NCBI RefSeq assembly: GCF_001186125.1
Contig: NW_014040451.1
Coordinates: 44,959 to 87,782 of the forward strand
DNA: 42,824 nucleotides
From: Sphaeroforma arctica JP610
Taxonomy: Eukaryota
Reading direction: 5' to 3'
Both the position numbers and the translations under genes were made by a program. Positions 35,694 to 42,824 of this stretch are shown one piece after another. A model generated the notes under the pieces. The model searched no databases, was not told where the DNA came from, and saw nothing but the letters and a program-made list of their open reading frames with translations. Numbering within the stretch: the stretch's first letter is position 1; the number at the start of each line of letters is the position of its first letter.

Positions 35694-37202
35694 ATGAGCA
35701 TCAAGAAAATAATTAAAATATTTCGCCGAGAAGGTTCGAAAGGAGGGTCAAGAGTGGAAGGAGAGCTTGTCAACGATGTTTCCGGAGATGAACTTGTAGA
35801 GGGGTCGTTAGAAAGTGCTATCACGGACAGTAGTGTACGCAAGGTACCCGACCAAACATTGCTCACGCTTAAAGTGCGTGATTTACATTTACCTGCAGAA
35901 CCATGTTTACCCGCATCTGAACATTTAGATAAAAACCAACCTCAGTCAAAATTTAGTAGGGACGTACCAGTACAACAACGCCAACAACAAGTAGCGTCTT
36001 TCCGCCGGAGCAGAGTACTTACTTCCCTAACCACTAACCAATTCTCAAGCTTAGCAACTGAAGAGGATGGCTTACCTGCAGCATTTAGTCCAAGAGCCCG
36101 GCGCATGTCATGCCCAAGTGTATCTTCGCCTGAAGTTGGGCGTCTACATGCACCTACTAGTACTCTTTCAACAAAAAATAAGTTGCCGATAGTTCGACCC
36201 AGATCAATAATACGTCCTACGGCAAGGGCTTTGCCCACTCCGAGTTTAGCTCGACAACGAAGTCCTTCTCTCATAGCAGATGATTCAGATATACAGGCAC
36301 ATATGGAGCAATACATATCGGAGCCTCCCGTGTCCGATCGAAGTCCACCGCAATCGAAAGTCTTGGGCAACTCGTCAATTGACGAATTCAAACCACGCCG
36401 CTCGACCGGCAGGCGTCTGTCATGCCCAAATGTGGACGTTTCACACTTCTACAATCCCGATGTGCCGGCAGTTGAATCTCCGATTTTAAGTCCTTTGATC
36501 AAACACCGAGATGGGATATCTAAAACACCTGGAATACCAATTTCACCGAGGTCTGGGGTAGCAAGAGCAAGGCCTCTCTTACTTACATCAATCGTTCACG
36601 ATAGTACTATAGCTCCACTGCAAACGACACGTACACAGGAGACAAAACGGAAGCCTCCTTCTACGTGGCGAAAGCTCTCGGAATATGGCCGTCGACCGAC
36701 TTGTCCAATTAAATTTAGAAATATTGCTCGAAGAAACACATTTGCTCGAAGAAACACATCGATAGAGTCTGCTTTAAAAAAACGTACACACCTTATGGTC
36801 ACTGAGCGCGGTGTAACGGACAATCACAGCCCTGTGATTGGCAGCGTCGTATCATCGACACCCAAACCCCAACCTCAAGGGTATGACGATAAAGGTATTG
36901 ACGATACTGATATATTTAGAAGAAAAGTGCATAAAAGACGGGTCAAGTTCCTCAATTCACATACGGTACATCATACATTCTGCGCTGATGAGTATGACCG
37001 CTCTAAGCCGCCACAACGGGAGGAAGACATAGAGCCCATTATGACTGTATATCGTGAGTTGATGAAGTACAAGATCACCGAGATGGTAGTTCACCAAGAC
37101 GCACTACAATACACCAATCACCATTTGTCTCGTAGGGATGAGGCAGCCCACAACATTATGATGGGTACTATTCGGGCCATCATCAGTGAATTCACAGAGT
37201 AG
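35694..37202 (+). CDS. Intronless 502-aa largely disordered protein with C-terminal Phactr/Bni4/neurabin-type protein phosphatase 1-binding module
   Basis: RVxF motif (RRVKF) followed by V..TF..DEYDR and REL..YK..EMVVH...YTNHH, resembling the Phactr C-terminus (ELNEFKSTEMEVH...TRFH). The Ser/Pro/Arg-rich N-terminus has repeated RRxSCP sites; no RPEL motifs seen. Confidence 0.8.
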   Translation: MSIKKIIKIFRREGSKGGSRVEGELVNDVSGDELVEGSLESAITDSSVRKVPDQTLLTLKVRDLHLPAEPCLPASEHLDKNQPQSKFSRDVPVQQRQQQVASFRRSRVLTSLTTNQFSSLATEEDGLPAAFSPRARRMSCPSVSSPEVGRLHAPTSTLSTKNKLPIVRPRSIIRPTARALPTPSLARQRSPSLIADDSDIQAHMEQYISEPPVSDRSPPQSKVLGNSSIDEFKPRRSTGRRLSCPNVDVSHFYNPDVPAVESPILSPLIKHRDGISKTPGIPISPRSGVARARPLLLTSIVHDSTIAPLQTTRTQETKRKPPSTWRKLSEYGRRPTCPIKFRNIARRNTFARRNTSIESALKKRTHLMVTERGVTDNHSPVIGSVVSSTPKPQPQGYDDKGIDDTDIFRRKVHKRRVKFLNSHTVHHTFCADEYDRSKPPQREEDIEPIMTVYRELMKYKITEMVVHQDALQYTNHHLSRRDEAAHNIMMGTIRAIISEFTE

Positions 37203-37787
37203 GAGTACGATATAGATAAGGATAAGAAAGAACGCCTAAGAATGATCGTGAGTTGATGAAGTACAAGATCACCGAGATGGTAGTTCACCAACATTCACTA
37301 CAATACACCAATCACCATTGGTACCGGAGGCAGCCCACAACATCATGGTGGGTACCATTCGGGCCATCATCAGGGAGTTCACAGAGTAGGAGTACGATAT
37401 AGATAGGGATAAGAAGGAGTGCCCAAGAATGATCGTAAGTTGATGAAGTACAAGATCACCGAGATGGTAGTTCACTAAAACTCACTACAATAAACCAATC
37501 ACCATCGGTACCGGCCACAACATCATGATGGGTACCATTCGGGCCATCATCAGTGAGTTCACAGAGTAGGAGTATGATATAGATAATGATAAGAAGGAGC
37601 GCCTAAGAATGGTCGTGAACAAGATCACCGAGATGGTAGTTTTCCAAGACTCGCTACAATACATTAATCACCATCGGTCCCGGAGGCAGCCCACAACATC
37701 ATGGTAGGTACCATTCGGGCCATCATCAATGAGTTCACAGAGTAGGAGTACGATATAGATAAGGATAAGAAGGAGCGCCTAAGAATG
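37051..37787 (+). repeat. Four tandem copies (~180-194 bp) of the 3' end of the PP1-binding gene
   Basis: Units start at 37051, 37245, 37432 and 37612 (ATCGTGAGTTGATGAAGTACAAGATCACCGAGATGG...CACAGAGTAGGAGTACGATATAG...CCTAAGAATG); copies 2-4 carry small deletions. Confidence 0.95.
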
Positions 37788-38620
37788 CGAAATTGCAAAT
37801 GTTCCGTATTCACGAACACTGCGGTAGCACGCATTCAGAATAATCCAATGTAAGCTTTAGCGCTCTCCCAACACGACATTGGACATCTGCAAGACCGCTC
37901 ACCAGGAAAGCCAAGGTGTAGTAGAGGGTTATCTTGTTTGAAATCAGGGAAGTAGTGCTGAGATACTGAATAGTGAAAACATGCACTAGCGCACAGCCAA
38001 ATTAATATGCACACGACTGGTGTTCTCGGCCCAAGGGTTGTTATTATTATAAAATCGTCTTGACCGATAAACACATATTTGGCTTGACGGAGATCTCGGG
38101 ATAGAAAAATCAACAAGGTTAGTAGAGTCAAACCTTCCAATTGAAATGAATCTCTGATCAGAAGGTAATAAAATAAAATTCACTGCTAGTTTCGTAACGT
38201 TGCTATATGATTACAGGAGAGTCCTCTATCTTTCACAAACCAAGAGTGGATTTATTCAGGAAGTACGTAGCCCTTCACCTAATCTTGTAAAATCACCGTG
38301 AAGGCTGGACACTTGCTCTATGACTACGAGAAAATAAGAGTTTTACGATTAACTAATTATGTCAATCTCTGTTACAGCAGGATGAAACAGGTCTGTTGAC
38401 AAAGCCAACCGCAGCCACCATACCATTGATCTCGCCTCAGTGGAATACTCGTGGGATTTTTTTTTGCGTCGGCGTTCATGTCTTGATGAAAATCACATCT
38501 TTTGTGTATATCTAAATCTAGAAGGCCATGTCTGCCACGATTCTATATGATTATCAAAGCAATCCACTAGGGAAACTACTTGAAGTGCGCCTGCACTAGG
38601 TACACGCTTCGATCAGAATC

Positions 38621-41600
38621 CTACTTGGCTTCTGCAGACCCCGGGGGCGTTAAAGTCTCGTCATCTTCGCTATCAAGTTCAGCATCCCTCTCCCAGGGTG
38701 GTACATCATCGAAGCTCCACTCCTTTATCTCATCTCTTCTGCTCACCATTTCCTCGACCGTACATCCGAAAGGATAGTGCACATGCGTCAGATATAGACC
38801 TTCAGGTTTGGCCGTCACGTACTTGTAGCGACTACGATCCTTTGCATCGAGAACCTTCCGAAGATCTGTGGAGAAATTCACGAAACAAAAAGCTATATCA
38901 TTGCATACATAGCCACAGTGTGTAACTCATTGTAATGGGGTTCCAGCAACGCCTTGAACACACAAGAGGCTTGAAACTACTTTTACAGATCGGCGCATCT
39001 GTAACATTGTGAATACCCACAAAACAGCTACACAAACAATTATGTGTGTCGGACACACATATAGCAGACTTAGCGAACCGCAAAGGAGGCTTATCTCACC
39101 GACATCAATACATATGTAAATTCATGAACTACTCTAGCAAGTGATATAGTCCAAGTCTCATCAGTACACAATAATACACTGCCTCTATAGCCTCAACGAT
39201 TGGAACACGCATGTTCGCATTGTAGTTACCTGCAGCAGACCATCGGTCCGACCCCACCATCACAAGTGCACCCACAATATTCCGGACCTGCCGGTATAAG
39301 AAACCCTTGGCGTATATGGTGATGTGTGCCATTTCTCCGTCACTGCCAGGTAGCGGTAGTACGGACATGAGCTACGAAAGGCTATTTCTGATCTGCAACC
39401 AGAAATGCTTCTGGCTACCCTAAAGGTTCGAACAGGTTCTTGGGGTTATACATATTCAGACTCTTATCAGACTCTAATATAACAACCCATCAAACTGGAA
39501 TCTGCCTTATCAGATTAATAAAAAACCCATCAAACTTGAATCTGCACTCATCGGGCTCGGATCAGATTCTGAGCCCTAACCCACGTGGCTACTCTGGTAT
39601 GCAAAATCTGCCTTTTGGGATTGAATGTGAACCTGTGTTTACATGACCACTGCAGAACTGCAAATGCACTTTGTAATCAATAGGTACGACATGAACGAGA
39701 CGGAGATGACCATGACATAGGATATTCTGCGCGATATGCTTGGCAATATCAACTACCAATGAAAACAGATAAAAGAATAAACTGAAGGTCAAGGCTTCAT
39801 CACACGAGAGGAATGGGAAAAGGTCTAGATGTCAGTCCATAGATCAAAGCCACACAGACACATCTGTCCCTGCATTGCTACTCACTTATTTCTGAGGCCT
39901 AACTACCATTTTCAGATTGTGCACACACCAGCCCGGTTTAACGCGGGATGCAACCGCTTGTCATATCACTTGCTGCAGATTTCGGATTTTTCAAGTGTTA
40001 ACTGTGATTTGTGGATTTCAATATTATTTGAGAAACAAATTCTATACGGATACTCAGACACTTGGATACCACCAAATATACATACGGGAATGGGCAAGCA
40101 GCTCACCTTATGCTGCTAAACTCGGTCTGCTCACGAGTGACAGACAAACTGTACACTGTGCGCACAGGCTGGCTCGCCTGACAGCCGGACGCTCGGAACG
40201 ACGAGAAGTCATGCGTTCCAACTAATATTTGCGCCGCATCCTGTGAGGTGATGCATTCGTGAAGTGTGAATAGGGGTTTGTGTTATGGTAGAGCTGTTGG
40301 ATTTATGCTTGATGGGCACATGTCGATATACGAGTATGTATACTATGGAAGCAAAGGATGCGTAATCTTGCGCGTATAAAATGTGTGATCACCCATGAGA
40401 TTTAGAAGTCATCGATCGATGTCTATGTTTATATCGATGCCGCACACAGGTCTACCAGATATGTTGTGCGCCAGCTATGCACAATATACTAATAGAAAGT
40501 TTATCACCCAAAGACTCGTATATATGGTTTCCTTAGTCTTTTTTGAGTCAACCCCATGATACGACAAAACACAGTATAGACATGAAGCCAATTATATTGA
40601 ATCGCCCAGGTACAACGTAATGATTGTTCCTACGCTGGATACAGTGACCAGTGGCTCGGATGCGTACCCCGAGTCCTGTAAAGGATGCTTTAGGAAGCAA
40701 GCGCGAGTTCAACCGTGAAGGTCCCGCACAGCGCTCAGGATATGCACACCTAGCCCTGAACGGACGGGTGTGACATGCGAGCGGGAATCACATGATCAGA
40801 AGTGATGGTAAACAACTAATCACATACGTTTATGGTTTCTATCTGAGCGCCATCACAGCACAATATACGGAACAGGACCCGCACACTTATAATCAATGAT
40901 ATACAACACTAGACATACGTTCATGGCTTCTATGTTGAGCGAGAGGTTTTTCGGAACGTCAGCCACAGCTGCGCGTCCCTCATCAAATGCACTGCGGTGG
41001 GTGCTATTGTGCATCAGCCTATACGTGTATGTTCGTCCGGTAGCCATAAATCTGGAGACATGGAGGACCGAGTCTATTTAATACATATCCATAAGTATGT
41101 GTGCTGCTATTTTTCAGTCGATAGGGCTATGTTCGACCGGCACTTATGAACTTGATAATGCAAACCCAATAGTTACGTGTGATCACCTAATGATGCTGTA
41201 TCAGATTGTGAGGGGAGGAAGGACTGGCCATGAGCGCTATATATGTCGTACGCATAGATAGAGCGAGGTTTGCCAAATAATGAAAGCAACTACTATTATG
41301 AGAAATGCACCGAAATATGCGAATGTAACATTTATTAAAACATAAGGTAGACTGCGAAATCACCACTAAGCACATTGAGACTCAAAGAATATTTGATTTG
41401 GCGTGATAAGGCACGATGTGATACACAATCCATACATATATCAAAATAAATAATATTTTGTAAATATCATATGTGCGTGTGTGCGTTTACGCGCCACTTA
41501 CCGACAATTAAATGTTGGGTGTACCTCCAAACACCCTCGTATCCGCACTTCCGTGATCGGTATGAAGTGGTTGAGTGCATCTCTGACTTTGTACGGCTGC

Positions 41601-42308
41601 AGGAACTATTCGTGAGCAAATAAAGATCATTGCAACAATCAGTGTCACGTGCTGTATCCAGTTTTATTATGAAATAAAGCAATAATTCGATAAACTGGTA
41701 ATTACTAGTCTCAAACTCTTACAAGTAGAACTGCGTGAACTCGAATAGAAATCTATCAGATATATATCGAGTCTTTGTATTTGTAACCTCATGTTGCAAA
41801 TAGCCGGATATACTCATAGTTTATCAGCAGAATCGCGCACCAGTATGCTCCCCACCACCAAAGTTCATAGTAACAACCAAGATATGATGCAAATCTTACA
41901 AGGAAGTATTTGGCTGGCTTGCGTGCGTGGTGAATTTGAACTAACCTCTCCATTTCTTCGAACTGGTGTATCACAATGCATGGTGTTCATCAGGCCGTGC
42001 ACACCCGTGTCTGTGCGTGAGGAGATCCATGTTTTGATGGGCGCCTGGTACAGCTTCTGCAGCGCTTCCTGAGAGAAATGTCGAACAATACGTAACTCAT
42101 AAGACTTTATTGTCTTGTAACGCGGTCGCGGGTCAAGCTAATAAAGCCACTGCATCAGTATTAATTGGCAACGCGAACTTGGGACACTCGTGCGGCAGAA
42201 ATCATGTATATGTGTCTATATACAGTGTGCATCGAGGACGAACAGATATATACCTCAATGTAATTCTGCACAGCGGGAGGCTTCACATTCTGCGTTCGGG
42301 CGACACCG
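38621..42308 (-). CDS. TruA-family tRNA pseudouridine synthase, PUSL1-like; multi-exon, 5' exon(s) and some middle exons not resolved
   Basis: GT-AG-bounded exons: 42254-42308 ([18 protein letters not shown]), 41946-42068 ([17 protein letters not shown], catalytic Asp), ~41550-41582 (DALNHF), 40919-41051 ([16 protein letters not shown]), 40107-40240 ([28 protein letters not shown]), 39230-39342 ([17 protein letters not shown]), 38621-38865 ([14 protein letters not shown]). The first two and the last four join in phase. Confidence 0.9.
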
Positions 42309-42824
42309 CTTTGATGTGAGCATTTCAATTTGAAAGCGAGTTGATCAGTTCACAATACGATGAAGAGGTGGGTGCGGCAGAGTCACGACTTCACAGTGGC
42401 ATTTGATTTCGAAAAGACAATATGTAGTGGATAGCACACGTGGTTATGGTGAAGTAATAAACATGTGATGTATGTGATAAGACGAACAGGAATGATCTCA
42501 GTTCCCATATACATTGCATCACTGGAAATAACAAAGACAACATGGAACCTTGACTTTAACCAATTTGTTCCTGCGTTCTCCACAAACTCACAATCGCAGC
42601 TTTACGGAAATTAAAGTTTTAGACAATCTTTTAGAAGTGTGGTTTTCAAAGAGGTGGATAAGGAAAGATAGGATTGTATTTATAGTTAGCGATATATTCT
42701 GACTGCACGGTGCTATATGAATGTATCAAACTATGAACTTGAACTGAACGAACAACCGATATACATAAATACATAAATATATATAAATATACATACTTGT
42801 ACACACACACATATATAATATATA

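Noticed and set aside
35942..36823. Antisense ORFs (149 aa, 75 aa) within the 502-aa gene, and similar antisense ORFs throughout the retroelements
   Set aside because: Shadow frames of real coding sequence with no independent motifs.
39372..39440. Possible mini-exon PVRTFR for the pseudouridine synthase
   Set aside because: The PVRT motif is already supplied by exon 40107-40240, which splices in phase directly to 39342.

Overview
Eukaryotic genomic window (spliceosomal introns, two assembly gaps). About 30 kb (3.15-33.0 kb) is a nested graveyard of decayed LTR retrotransposons. A minus-strand Ty1/Copia element (gag-PR-IN-RT) is split by a full-length plus-strand chromodomain-bearing Ty3/Gypsy element (4113-12781, TG..CA LTRs, 4-bp ATCG target-site duplication). 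Three further minus-strand Gypsy elements follow (about 16773-21405, 21406-29392 and 29393-33015). The key observation is that all five elements, four Gypsy and the Copia, carry an extra ~130-aa phage-Dam-like DNA amino-methyltransferase domain (W...F..[TI]D[MI]FA..HNA...Y ... DA...W/L...AWAN[PSL]PW) in pol on the N-terminal side of the DDE integrase. In the Gypsy elements it follows RNase H; in the Copia it follows the protease. I know this domain from tyrosine-recombinase DIRS elements, not from integrase-encoding LTR elements. Flanks: a DUF6729-like pseudogene at left; at right, a 502-aa Phactr/Bni4-like PP1-binding protein whose 3' end is tandemly quadruplicated, and an intron-rich TruA/PUSL1-type pseudouridine synthase gene. 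All calls come from manual reading and motif recognition; no searches were run.
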